Assembly: GCA_902797945.1 (NCBI GenBank)
Contig: CADBUU010000004.1
Coordinates: forward strand, 1 to 48,418
Reading direction: 5' to 3'
Length of the DNA: 48,418 nucleotides
Origin: an uncultured Eubacteriales bacterium
Lineage (GTDB): Bacteria; Bacillota; Clostridia; Christensenellales; Borkfalkiaceae
The position numbers and the translations under genes are program-made. The notes under the pieces were generated by a model, which saw only the letters and a list, made by a program, of their open reading frames with translations, was not told the origin of the DNA and searched no databases. Positions 1-9,706 of the stretch are shown one piece after another (position 1 is the stretch's first letter; each line of letters starts with the position of its first letter).

Positions 1-83
1 ACAAATTTATAATATTTTAATCATAAGAGTATAATAATTAAAGAATAAAATAATATAAGAATAAACAACAAGAGGCAAAATAA

Positions 84-1310
84 ATGCGAAATTTGGGGAA
101 ATTTTTTATAAGCGTGGCGGTAATTGTTCTTTCATCGATAATATTTTCTTCCTGTTCGGGAATATTTACCAACGGAAGAAGTAAAAACACCAATGCCAAT
201 AGCGACAGCGAGAATACGACGGGGAACTTTTTAAAGAGCGAAGAAAGCGGAGTAAAGGCTGAAATTCACGTCGTCAACGAGAGTTCGACTGCGTCGGGAC
301 TTGTCGAAGTTCTTGAAAAGGCGAGACCGTCTGTTGTCGAGATATATGCGAAATTAAGCGGCGGAACGAGCGCCGGAAGCGGAGTTATCGTCGATTTACA
401 GGATAGTGACTCAAACGGTAAAAAGGATACGGCGTATATAGTTACCTGTCATCACGTCATAGACGGGGCTTTAAGCACGGTCGTAAAATCTATATACGGA
501 AACGAATTCGACGCTTTACTTATAGGTTCCGATCCGAGGTCGGATATCGGAGTTATTAAAATTCAGACTTCAAACGAAGAGTTTTTCGAAGGGCTTACTT
601 ATTCTTCCTGGATAGCGGACAGTGATTCGTTAAAGGTCGGAACGAGCGTCGTTGCTGTCGGAAATCCGCTCGGAATACTCGGCGGAACGGCGACTACGGG
701 GATAATAAGCGCCATAAACAGAGGCGTTATAATAGAGGGCAAGAAGATGAATCTTCTTCAAACCGACGCCGCTATAAACGGAGGAAATTCGGGCGGCGCG
801 CTGATAGATTCGAATACGGGCGCTCTGGTCGGTATAGTCAACGCGGGCTACGAATCTTATGCTGCGGAAGGTCTTAACTTCGCTATTCCCGCAAACGTCG
901 CAAGGGAAGTAGAAACGAAGATAATGACCACTTACGGCGGAGAATACGAGTTCGGCTACGTCGAGGGCAACTATTCTTTCGGAGCGGAATACAGACTCGT
1001 TTCGAGAGCGGTCAGTTGGACTTCATACCGCTATTACGTCGCCGTGTCGGCGATAGATCCTTACGGGGTTTTCGCAAAAGAGGGAATTGCCGTAGGCGAC
1101 TATATTTTCTCGGTTACGGTAAACGGAAAGACGATGGATTTGACTTCGATTACCTCTAACACCGTTTCCGAACTTACTTCTTTCCTTTCGGATACGGCGT
1201 ATAAAATAGGCGACGAGGTCAAAATAAATTACGCGAGGTCGTCGGGAACGATGAAAGAATATACTTCGGAATTTAAAATACGTCAATACGTTTACGGATA
1301 CGAAGGTTAA
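84..1310 (+). CDS. htrA: Exported trypsin-like serine protease, HtrA/DegP (S1C) family, with C-terminal PDZ-like region
   Basis: 408-aa ORF with AGAGG 8 nt upstream of the ATG. The N-terminal hydrophobic signal ends in a lipobox-like FSSC. Catalytic triad motifs are TCHHV (His), SDIGVIKI (Asp) and GNSGGAL (Ser). There is a PDZ-like stretch GIAVGDYIFSVTVNGK. Confidence 0.85.
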   Translation: MRNLGKFFISVAVIVLSSIIFSSCSGIFTNGRSKNTNANSDSENTTGNFLKSEESGVKAEIHVVNESSTASGLVEVLEKARPSVVEIYAKLSGGTSAGSGVIVDLQDSDSNGKKDTAYIVTCHHVIDGALSTVVKSIYGNEFDALLIGSDPRSDIGVIKIQTSNEEFFEGLTYSSWIADSDSLKVGTSVVAVGNPLGILGGTATTGIISAINRGVIIEGKKMNLLQTDAAINGGNSGGALIDSNTGALVGIVNAGYESYAAEGLNFAIPANVAREVETKIMTTYGGEYEFGYVEGNYSFGAEYRLVSRAVSWTSYRYYVAVSAIDPYGVFAKEGIAVGDYIFSVTVNGKTMDLTSITSNTVSELTSFLSDTAYKIGDEVKINYARSSGTMKEYTSEFKIRQYVYGYEG

Positions 1311-1317
1311 ATTTATT

Positions 1318-1357
1318 CCTCGGAAGCAAAACTTCCGAGGGATTTTTCTTTTTTTAT
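1318..1357 (+). terminator. Intrinsic terminator after htrA
   Basis: 9-bp stem CCTCGGAAG/CTTCCGAGG with loop CAAAA, followed by a T-rich run. Confidence 0.85.
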
Positions 1358-1444
1358 CGAAGTCGCCTTATAAAGTTGACTATTCTTCGGTTTTTTAGTA
1401 AAATGTAAGATGAGGTCTTATAAGACGCTTATGGGAAAAATAAA

Positions 1445-1939
1445 ATGGTAATACTCGGAATAGATCCCGGACTTGCAACGATGGGTTGGGGAGTGATAAA
1501 CAGCGATAAGGGCAGAATACAAGTCGTCGATTACGGCGTCGTTTTAACGCCGAAGGAACAGACTCTGCCCGAAAGGCTTTGCACGCTCGAAAACGGCGTT
1601 ACCGCTCTATTTAAGAAATTCAACCCCGACGAAGTCGCTATCGAGGAATTGTTTTTCAATACGAATATAACTACGGGTATAAACGTTGCTCACGCAAGGG
1701 GAGTAACCTTGCTTACTTGCGTTAAAAACTGTAAGAGACTTTTCGAATATACGCCGCTTCAGATAAAGCAGGCGCTTACGGGATACGGAAGAGCCGAAAA
1801 AAGGCAGATGCAGATAATGGTAAAAACACTTTTAAGGCTCGATAAAATACCGAAACCGGACGACGCGGCGGACGCTCTGGCGGTTGCGCTCACTCATGCG
1901 CAGACGAATAATTTCAGTTCGGGTTTCGGAATAAGATAG
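1445..1939 (+). CDS. ruvC: Crossover junction endodeoxyribonuclease RuvC
   Basis: 164 aa. The N-terminus MVILGIDPGLATMGWGVI and the C-terminal DAADALAVALTH are typical of RuvC. It sits directly upstream of ruvA-ruvB. Confidence 0.9.
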   Translation: MVILGIDPGLATMGWGVINSDKGRIQVVDYGVVLTPKEQTLPERLCTLENGVTALFKKFNPDEVAIEELFFNTNITTGINVAHARGVTLLTCVKNCKRLFEYTPLQIKQALTGYGRAEKRQMQIMVKTLLRLDKIPKPDDAADALAVALTHAQTNNFSSGFGIR

Positions 1940-1948
1940 GAGTAAGAT

Positions 1949-2542
1949 ATGATCGCTTATTTAAAGGGAAAAGTCATCGACGTTTTCGATGGCGGCGTGA
2001 TTTTGGAAAATAACGGAATAGGTTACGAGGTGTTTTGCTCTTCGTCGGCAATAAACAGATTGACTTTGGGAACGACGGGCGAAATATATACCTATATGCA
2101 GGTAAGGGAAGACGGAATATCTCTTTTCGGTTTCGAAACGAAAGAAGAAAAGAGAATGTTTTTAAAACTTATCTCCGTTTCGGGAGTCGGACCGAAAATG
2201 GGAATAGGAGTTCTTTCGGGAATGAGCCTTGCCGACCTTGCGACGGCGATAGCGACGTCGGACGTAAAAACCTTGTCGAAGGTCAAAGGGCTCGGTAAAA
2301 AGACGGCGGAAAGAATAATATTGGAACTTCGCGAGGGAGTTTCCGGAGAAGAATTTTCTTCCTTAGGCGAGGAAAAGGCGAGCGTTCAACTTTCTTCCGA
2401 CGAAGAGGACGCCGTAATTGCGCTTATGGGATTGGGATTTAACGGCGCTATGAGCAGAAAAGCCGTAAGCAGCGCAAAAGAAGGGGGAGCGAAAACGATA
2501 GAAGAAGTGATTTCTTACGCTTTGCGTTCTATCGGTAGGTAA
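1949..2542 (+). CDS. ruvA: Holliday junction branch migration complex subunit RuvA
   Basis: 197 aa with SD TAGGAG. N-terminus is MIAYLKGKV, HhH motifs are SVSGVGPK and VKGLGKKTAERI, and it lies in ruvC-ruvA-ruvB context. Confidence 0.9.
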   Translation: MIAYLKGKVIDVFDGGVILENNGIGYEVFCSSSAINRLTLGTTGEIYTYMQVREDGISLFGFETKEEKRMFLKLISVSGVGPKMGIGVLSGMSLADLATAIATSDVKTLSKVKGLGKKTAERIILELREGVSGEEFSSLGEEKASVQLSSDEEDAVIALMGLGFNGAMSRKAVSSAKEGGAKTIEEVISYALRSIGR

Positions 2543-2548
2543 TATAAT

Positions 2549-3592
2549 ATGTTTGACGAAGAAGAAAGTTTGATTGTAAGCACGAAAACCGAATACGACG
2601 AAGTTGAAAACGTCCTTCGCCCGAAGTCGATGGAAGGTTACGTCGGACAGGAAAAAGTCAAGACCAACCTTTCGGTGTTTATGCAGGCGGCGAAACTCAG
2701 AGGAGAGCCTCTCGACCACGTCCTTTTATACGGACCTCCGGGACTCGGAAAGACGACGCTTGCGCATATAATCGCCGCGGAAATGGGCGTTCAGATAAAA
2801 GTTACTTCCGGACCGTCCATAGAAAAATCGGGCGATTTAGCGGCGATACTTACCAACTTAAACGAAGGCGACGTTCTTTTTATCGACGAAATACACAGGC
2901 TCAACCATAACGTAGAAGAGATATTATATCCGGCTATGGAGGACTTTTCTCTCGATTTTATTCTCGGAAAAGGACCTTCGGCGAGGTCGGTTCAGATACC
3001 GCTTAAAAGATTTACTTTGGTCGGCGCGACTACGAGGGCGGGAATGCTCAGTTCCCCATTGAGGGATAGATTCGGCGTAATATGCAGGCTCGAGATGTAT
3101 TCGGTAGACGAACTTGCCGAGATAGTCCGCCGTTCGGCGCTTACTTTGGGAACGGAAATAGAGTCTTCTGCCTCCGTAGAAGTTGCGAGAAGGAGCAGAG
3201 GAACGCCGAGAATAGTCAACAGACTTTTAAAAAGGGTAAGAGATTTCTCGGCGGTAATGAATCACGAAATTATAACCCTTGAAGATACTAAACACGCTCT
3301 CGACAGGCTCGAAATAGACGAACTCGGTCTTGACAATATCGACATAAGGTTGCTTACTTCGATGATAGACAAGTTTGGCGGAGGTCCCGTAGGACTTGAA
3401 ACTCTTGCGGCGACGATAAACGAGGACGGAAACACGATAGAAGACGTTTACGAACCCTATTTGTTGCAACTCGGATTTATTTCGAGAACCCCAAGAGGAA
3501 GAATGGCGATGCCGAAAGCCTACGAGCATCTCGGTAAAACGGTCAGCCCAAAGGCGAAAAAACAAATATCTCTTTTTGACGAACAGAATTGA
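2549..3592 (+). CDS. ruvB: Holliday junction DNA helicase RuvB
   Basis: 347 aa. AAA+ Walker [12 protein letters not shown] and Walker [10 protein letters not shown], with a conserved C-terminal winged-helix region ([18 protein letters not shown]). Confidence 0.95.
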   Translation: MFDEEESLIVSTKTEYDEVENVLRPKSMEGYVGQEKVKTNLSVFMQAAKLRGEPLDHVLLYGPPGLGKTTLAHIIAAEMGVQIKVTSGPSIEKSGDLAAILTNLNEGDVLFIDEIHRLNHNVEEILYPAMEDFSLDFILGKGPSARSVQIPLKRFTLVGATTRAGMLSSPLRDRFGVICRLEMYSVDELAEIVRRSALTLGTEIESSASVEVARRSRGTPRIVNRLLKRVRDFSAVMNHEIITLEDTKHALDRLEIDELGLDNIDIRLLTSMIDKFGGGPVGLETLAATINEDGNTIEDVYEPYLLQLGFISRTPRGRMAMPKAYEHLGKTVSPKAKKQISLFDEQN

Positions 3593-3594
3593 TT

Positions 3595-4614
3595 ATGAAA
3601 ACTTCGGATTTTTACTACGATCTTCCCGAAGAACTCATCGCTCAGACTCCCGTAGAGCCTCGCGATTCTTCGAGGTTGCTCGTTTACGACAGAAAAACAG
3701 GTAAAACGGAACACAGAATTTTCAGAGATATCGTCGAATATCTCCATACGGGCGACCTTTTGGTCGTAAACACTACCAAGGTTTATCCGGCGAGGTTATA
3801 CGCCTATACTTCCCACGGGGGAAAAGTCGAAATACTCTTGCTAAAAAGAATAGATCTGACCGATTGGGAAGTCCTCGTAAAACCGGGGAAAAAATGCAAA
3901 GAAGGCGTCGAACTCGTAATCAACGACGAACTTAAAGTCGAAATTATTTCGAGGACGGAAGAGGGCGGAAGAATAGTCCGCTTTAAATTCGACGGCGTTT
4001 TCGAAGATATATTGTCGAGAGTCGGCGAAATGCCTTTACCGCCGTATATACGAGAAAAACTCAAAGATAAGGACAGATACCAGACCGTTTATTGTAAAAA
4101 AGAAGGGTCGGCGGCGGCTCCTACGGCGGGACTGCACTTTACTAATCGACTTATAGACGAACTTAAAGCCGAAGGGGTTGAGTTCGCCGAAGTCGATCTT
4201 CACGTCGGGCTCGGGACTTTCCGTCCCGTCAAAGTCGACGAAGTTACAGAGCATAAAATGCACTCGGAATATTTTTGTATAGACGAAGAAAACGCCGAAA
4301 AGATAAACAGGGCGAAAAAAGAGGGCAGGCGAGTCATTGCGGTCGGAACGACGAGCGTGAGAACGCTCGAAAGCGCCGCGCTTCCCGATGGGACGGTTCG
4401 GGCGACGTCAGGAAATACTCAGATATTTATTTATCCGCCTTATAAGTTTAAAGTTGTCGATGGGCTTATAACGAATTTTCATTTGCCCGAAAGCACGCTC
4501 ATAATGCTCGTCGCGGCGTTTACTTCTCGGGAGAAGATACTCTCTCTTTACGAAACTGCCGTAAAAGAGAGGTATAGGTTTTTTTCTTTCGGCGACGCTT
4601 GTCTGTTTTTATAA
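3595..4614 (+). CDS. queA: S-adenosylmethionine:tRNA ribosyltransferase-isomerase QueA
   Basis: N-terminus [19 protein letters not shown] is the canonical QueA start, and PPYI, TAGLHFT and VGTTS motifs are present. I prefer the ATG at 3595 over the TTG at 3589 given by the ORF track. Confidence 0.9.
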   Translation: MKTSDFYYDLPEELIAQTPVEPRDSSRLLVYDRKTGKTEHRIFRDIVEYLHTGDLLVVNTTKVYPARLYAYTSHGGKVEILLLKRIDLTDWEVLVKPGKKCKEGVELVINDELKVEIISRTEEGGRIVRFKFDGVFEDILSRVGEMPLPPYIREKLKDKDRYQTVYCKKEGSAAAPTAGLHFTNRLIDELKAEGVEFAEVDLHVGLGTFRPVKVDEVTEHKMHSEYFCIDEENAEKINRAKKEGRRVIAVGTTSVRTLESAALPDGTVRATSGNTQIFIYPPYKFKVVDGLITNFHLPESTLIMLVAAFTSREKILSLYETAVKERYRFFSFGDACLFL

Positions 4615-4707
4615 ACGGCGCGTTTCTACGATTTTTATTCGGCGACGATTTTTTAGTTATTGAATATTTTTATTCGGACGACTGTCAGTCGTTTTGACGA
4701 TTTTTAG

Positions 4708-5826
<1,119 letters not shown>

Positions 5827-5921
5827 TTTTATTTTTGACAAATTTTTTCGAAAAAATGTCTGAAACTCTTGCAATTTACCCGTAAAATATGTTATTTTAA
5901 TATAAAAAGGAGAACACTCAA

Positions 5922-6416
5922 ATGAATTTTATCTTAAATTTACTCGCAAATGAATCAGAAGCGGCAAACAGCAATGCAAACGCCAATACGCCGGCAGGCG
6001 GAAGCGGTTGGTTTTTGTGGGCTTTGGTAGGACTTATGGTTTTATTCCTCGTCTATACTTTTATTTCCGGCAGAAAGAGAAATAAAAAAATGGAAGAGGA
6101 AAAGGCAAGACTCAGCGATATTCACCCCGGATATAAGGTAACGACTATCGGTGGCGTCGTAGGAACGGTAGTGGAGGTAGACGACGAAACCAACTCTTTC
6201 GTTTTAAAGACGGGAACCGAAGACAACTGTTCTTATCTTACCTTCGATAAACAAGCGATATATCAGTCGTCAAATCCTGCGGAACAGACCGAAACGGCAA
6301 CCGAAGAAAAGGTAGCCGAAGAAACTCCCGTTGAAGAAAGGGTAGCAGAAGAAACTTCGACCGAAGAAAAGACAGCCGAAGAAACTTCGACCGAAGAAAA
6401 GGGCGAAAACGCATAA
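5922..6416 (+). CDS. yajC: Preprotein translocase subunit YajC with acidic repeat tail
   Basis: SD AGGAG. It has a single TM helix followed by a YajC-like core (GRKRNKKMEEE...GYKVTTIGGVVGTVVEVDDE), in tgt-yajC-secDF context. It is unusually long (164 aa) because of an N-terminal extension and a C-terminal EEKxAEETxx repeat. Confidence 0.8.
   Translation: MNFILNLLANESEAANSNANANTPAGGSGWFLWALVGLMVLFLVYTFISGRKRNKKMEEEKARLSDIHPGYKVTTIGGVVGTVVEVDDETNSFVLKTGTEDNCSYLTFDKQAIYQSSNPAEQTETATEEKVAEETPVEERVAEETSTEEKTAEETSTEEKGENA
6303..6410 (+). repeat. In-frame ~30-nt tandem repeat (about 3.5 copies) encoding EEKxAEETxx
   Basis: ACCGAAGAAAAG(G/A)(T/C)AGCCGAAGAAACT... recurs. It is translated as EEKVAEETPV-EERVAEETST-EEKTAEETST-EEKGENA. 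Confidence 0.85.
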
Positions 6417-6437
6417 AACTCATCATAAATAAAGAAA

Positions 6438-6474
6438 CCTCCGCATAGTATGTCTTAGCGGAGGTTTTTGTTTT
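6438..6474 (+). terminator. Intrinsic terminator after yajC whose 3' arm carries the SD of the next gene
   Basis: Stem CCTCCGC (6438-6444) / GCGGAGG (6458-6464), followed by TTTTTGTTTT. GGAGG lies 10 nt upstream of the ATG at 6475. Confidence 0.7.
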
Positions 6475-6855
6475 ATGGAAAAAACGGGAGAAAACGGCGG
6501 ATTTTTAAAACAAGTCGTAACCGCAGTGGTGCTGGCGATCGGAATAACGCTCGCTTCCGTGCTTGTATTCGCCTTTATTTTAAGGGTTACGCCTATAAGC
6601 GAAGGGGTTATAAAACCCGTCAATCAAGGGATAAAACTTTTATCGATATTCGTAGCTTGTATGATTTCGGTAAGGGGAGAGAAGGGCTTTTTGAAAGGTT
6701 GTCTTTCCGGAGCGCTCGCAACTCTTTTGTCGATATTGATTTTCGGTCTTATATCGGGGGGAGCGCCGTCGTTTATCGGATTTTTGATAGATTTTATCTG
6801 CGGAGCGGTAATGGGCGGATTGTCGGGAGCGATAAGCGTAAATTTCAGAAGATGA
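6475..6855 (+). CDS. Small polytopic membrane protein, probably TIGR04086/YrzE-like family
   Basis: 126 aa with 3-4 predicted TM helices and a glycine-rich last helix (GAVMGGLSGAISV). Its position just after yajC matches B. subtilis yajC-yrzE. The family assignment is from memory only. Confidence 0.55.
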   Translation: MEKTGENGGFLKQVVTAVVLAIGITLASVLVFAFILRVTPISEGVIKPVNQGIKLLSIFVACMISVRGEKGFLKGCLSGALATLLSILIFGLISGGAPSFIGFLIDFICGAVMGGLSGAISVNFRR

Positions 6856-6900
6856 CCGAAAAAGGACGTAATATTTTTACTGAATAGCCTTTTTCCCCAA

Positions 6901-6940
6901 AGCCCTCGTCGGAACGTGTTTCCGACGAGGGCTTTAAACT
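6901..6940 (+). terminator. Hairpin, likely terminator
   Basis: 14-bp perfect stem AGCCCTCGTCGGAA/TTCCGACGAGGGCT with loop CGTGT. The trailing T-tract is weak (TTAAACT). Confidence 0.55.
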
Positions 6941-7063
6941 CGGTTGGACCTAAAAAAGCAAAGACTTCCCGCCTTTTTATGCGGTTAGCGGTAAATTATC
7001 CGTCGCAAACCGAAAAAAATTAAAAAAGTTTTTCTTTTATCCGTATTTTTTGCTCTAAAATTA

Positions 7064-7093
7064 TTGACTTGCAACCCTTTTATGCTGTATAAT
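7064..7093 (+). promoter_or_regulatory. Sigma-A-type promoter for secDF
   Basis: TTGACT (7064-7069), 18 nt, TATAAT (7088-7093). This leaves a ~105-nt leader before the secD ATG. Confidence 0.6.
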
Positions 7094-7205
7094 AATACAG
7101 TATAGATTAACTGTTAAAGTCCGAAATTTTCGGACGGTCGGAATATTTGACCTTCGCATAAAAAGCGAGGGGAGAATAAAGCCGGCAATAAAGCAGGAGG
7201 CAGTA

Positions 7206-8474
7206 ATGAAAAAGACCAAGTCAATAGTAATTCTTACTATTACGGCGCTGTTGATCGTTTTCTTCGGAGTGGCGTGCTTTTTTAGTTTCCCTCTTCCGAA
7301 TAGCGTATACGACTACAATTCGGTTTTCAGCAGTATAAGTAAGGGTATCGATTTAGAGGGCGGTTACTACGCCGTGTTGGAGCCGAAGGTCGACGGAGAT
7401 TCTCTCGATCAGCAAACTCTCGACAACGTCATCAGCACGCTTATGCAGAGGCTTTCCAACAAAGGATATACCGAAGCGACGATCACTAAGCAAGACGTTA
7501 CCAATTTAAGGGTTGAAATACCCGACGTCGACGATCCCGACGAAGTTATGACGCTTCTCGGATCGCAAGGAAAACTCGAATTCAGAGATTCTTCGGGAAC
7601 GGTTTATCTTACCGGCGAAGACGTTCAGGACGCTTACGTCGGATACGATAACGACAGTTCTTACGTCGTAGTTCTTAATTTTACCGCAAGGGGAGCCGAT
7701 AAGTTCGCCGACGCGACTAAAACCATCTCGGAATCGAGCAACAAGACGATGAGCATTTATCTCGGAGATCAGGAAATATCCGCTCCCACGGTAAATTCGC
7801 AGATAGTCGGACCGAGCGCGCAGATCGAAGGCGACTTCGATTATGAAAGAGCGCAGTCTTTGGCGGCGGTAATTTCAAGCGGAGCGCTCGATATCGACTT
7901 CAATATAAGCGAATCCCGTCAGATAAGCGCCTCGCTCGGCGAGGGCGTCGTAAATAACGCTCTTATAGCGGCAGGTATCGGACTTCTCGTAATATTCGCC
8001 ATTCTTCTCATATTCTACGGCGGAATGGGGCTTGCGGCTTCCATCGCTCTTTTGATTTACGTTATTATCTACGTCATCGTCCTTGCGGTATTCCCGTGGG
8101 TTCAACTTACCTTCCCCGGAATTGCGGGTATAATTCTTTCGATAGGTATGGCGGTAGACGCAAACGTAATTATATTCGAGAGAATAAAGGACGAATATGC
8201 GAGCGGTAAGACTGTTTTAAGCGCAATTCAAGTAGGATTTAAGCGCGCGTTTATAACTATATTCGACGCAAACATAACCACCATTTTGGCGTCCGTCGTT
8301 TTGTGGATACTCTGCGCAGGCTCGATAAGAGGTTTTGCTATAACTCTTTTCCTCGGAACTTTGGTTTCGATGTTTACGGCTATCGTAGTAACGAGATGGC
8401 TTATAAATCTGTTCAGACCGTTGGCGGGAGAAAAAGAGGACAAGTTCTTCGGTCTTAAAAGGAGGGACGCATAA
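7206..8474 (+). CDS. secD: Protein translocase subunit SecD
   Basis: 422 aa with SD AGGAGG. It has an N-terminal TM helix, a periplasmic domain (LGLDLxGG-like GIDLEGG) and a C-terminal 5-TM bundle (GIAGIILSIGMAVDANVIIFERIKDE). Confidence 0.9.
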   Translation: MKKTKSIVILTITALLIVFFGVACFFSFPLPNSVYDYNSVFSSISKGIDLEGGYYAVLEPKVDGDSLDQQTLDNVISTLMQRLSNKGYTEATITKQDVTNLRVEIPDVDDPDEVMTLLGSQGKLEFRDSSGTVYLTGEDVQDAYVGYDNDSSYVVVLNFTARGADKFADATKTISESSNKTMSIYLGDQEISAPTVNSQIVGPSAQIEGDFDYERAQSLAAVISSGALDIDFNISESRQISASLGEGVVNNALIAAGIGLLVIFAILLIFYGGMGLAASIALLIYVIIYVIVLAVFPWVQLTFPGIAGIILSIGMAVDANVIIFERIKDEYASGKTVLSAIQVGFKRAFITIFDANITTILASVVLWILCAGSIRGFAITLFLGTLVSMFTAIVVTRWLINLFRPLAGEKEDKFFGLKRRDA

Positions 8475-9613
8475 TGGCTAATCTTTCTTTCAGGGACAAG
8501 CAGTTCAAAATAGTAAATAAATTCTTTATTTTTCTTGCCGTAAGTTTGGTTATCATCGTTGCGGGCGTAGTAGATATACTCGTTCGCGGAATGAATATCG
8601 GTATTGAATTTTCTGCCGGCGCTTCTATCGAAGTAACCGTTGAGGACACCGACGGATTTAACGATAAACAGTTCAGAGAAACGTTTGAAAATTGGCTTGC
8701 CGGCGACCGTTTGGACGGAGAAAAGGCGGACAGAAAATTCGACGTTTCGAGAAATACTCAGGTATCGAGAGCGTCGAAGCAGATAACTTACGAATTCAGA
8801 ATAGGAACGACCGTAGTCGAAAACGGCGAAACGAAGGATCTCACGGCGGTCATCAACGACGAAAATTCCGAAAATAACGGAAAGACCTTGCTTGTGGAAT
8901 ACGTCGCTAAAATAAGAGACGAAATTCTTCCCGACGTTCGTAAATATCTTTCCGAAAACGAAAGTTATTATAAAGACGTCGACCAAGACGATATAGACGT
9001 CTCGGTTGCCGTTCACACCATCGATAACTCCGTAATGCTTTATACGATAAGGACGACCTTTATAGCCGGCGCAGTCGCTATTTTGGTAATACTCGCCTAT
9101 ATCATAATAAGGTTTACTTGGATATCGGGTATTGCGGCTATCTTGGCGCTTATTCACGACGTCGCGATAATGGTTGCTTGCACGACTTTCTTCCAGATTC
9201 CCGTAAACTCGACTTTCATTGCGGCGGTAATAACCATAATCGGTTATTCTATCAATGCGACTATAGTCATTTTCGATAAGATAAGGGAACTCGAACGCAC
9301 TCCGTCTTTTGACGACGTAAGCGATACAGACCTTGCAAACAAGGCGATAACGTCAACTTTAACCCGTTCGATATTGACAACCCTTACGACGCTCGTCGTG
9401 ATTCTTCTTCTTGCGCTTTTCGGAACGGCTGCGATAAGAGAGTTCGCTCTTCCCATAATCTTCGGTTTGATTGCAGGCGCATATTCTTCGGTTCTTCTCG
9501 CAGGCTCGTTCTGGGTTTACCTTCGTAAACTTTTCAAACAGTCGGGAAAGAGAATGAAGAGAAAGGCTTCTAAAAAAAGCGTAAAGACTGAAATCGAAAG
9601 TGTAAATCAATAA
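8474..9613 (+). CDS. secF: Protein translocase subunit SecF (enlarged extracytoplasmic domain)
   Basis: 379 aa. The ATG overlaps the secD stop (ATAATG). The C-terminal TM bundle has IHDVAIMVA...GYSINATIVIFDKIRE. The loop between TM1 and TM2 is ~150 aa, longer than usual. Confidence 0.9.
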   Translation: MANLSFRDKQFKIVNKFFIFLAVSLVIIVAGVVDILVRGMNIGIEFSAGASIEVTVEDTDGFNDKQFRETFENWLAGDRLDGEKADRKFDVSRNTQVSRASKQITYEFRIGTTVVENGETKDLTAVINDENSENNGKTLLVEYVAKIRDEILPDVRKYLSENESYYKDVDQDDIDVSVAVHTIDNSVMLYTIRTTFIAGAVAILVILAYIIIRFTWISGIAAILALIHDVAIMVACTTFFQIPVNSTFIAAVITIIGYSINATIVIFDKIRELERTPSFDDVSDTDLANKAITSTLTRSILTTLTTLVVILLLALFGTAAIREFALPIIFGLIAGAYSSVLLAGSFWVYLRKLFKQSGKRMKRKASKKSVKTEIESVNQ

Positions 9614-9634
9614 TAATAAAACAAAAATAATTGC

Positions 9635-9668
9635 GCGGACGGACGAAAATATCCGTCCGCTTTGACTT
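9635..9668 (+). terminator. Hairpin terminator after secF
   Basis: Stem GCGGACGGA/TCCGTCCGC with loop CGAAAATA, followed by TTTGACTT (short T-run). Confidence 0.55.
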
Positions 9669-9706
9669 AAAAAAGACGCGTTTTATATTCGCGAAAGGGA
9701 AACGAT

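Noticed and set aside
3589-3594. N-terminal extensions from TTG/GTG starts in the ORF track at queA 3589, murC 30364, the MDR gene 32886, rpmE 32955, the membrane protein 39477 and EamA 46615. The mtnN TTG at 41456 is discussed separately in that feature and remains ambiguous.
   Set aside because: The downstream ATGs reproduce the canonical family N-termini, sit at a proper distance from an SD or overlap the upstream stop. The extensions run through terminators or promoters.
6468-6887. 139-aa ORF overlapping the 126-aa membrane-protein ORF in another frame.
   Set aside because: Its translation is arginine-rich and unstructured. The alternative frame (6475-6855) gives clean TM helices and has an SD.
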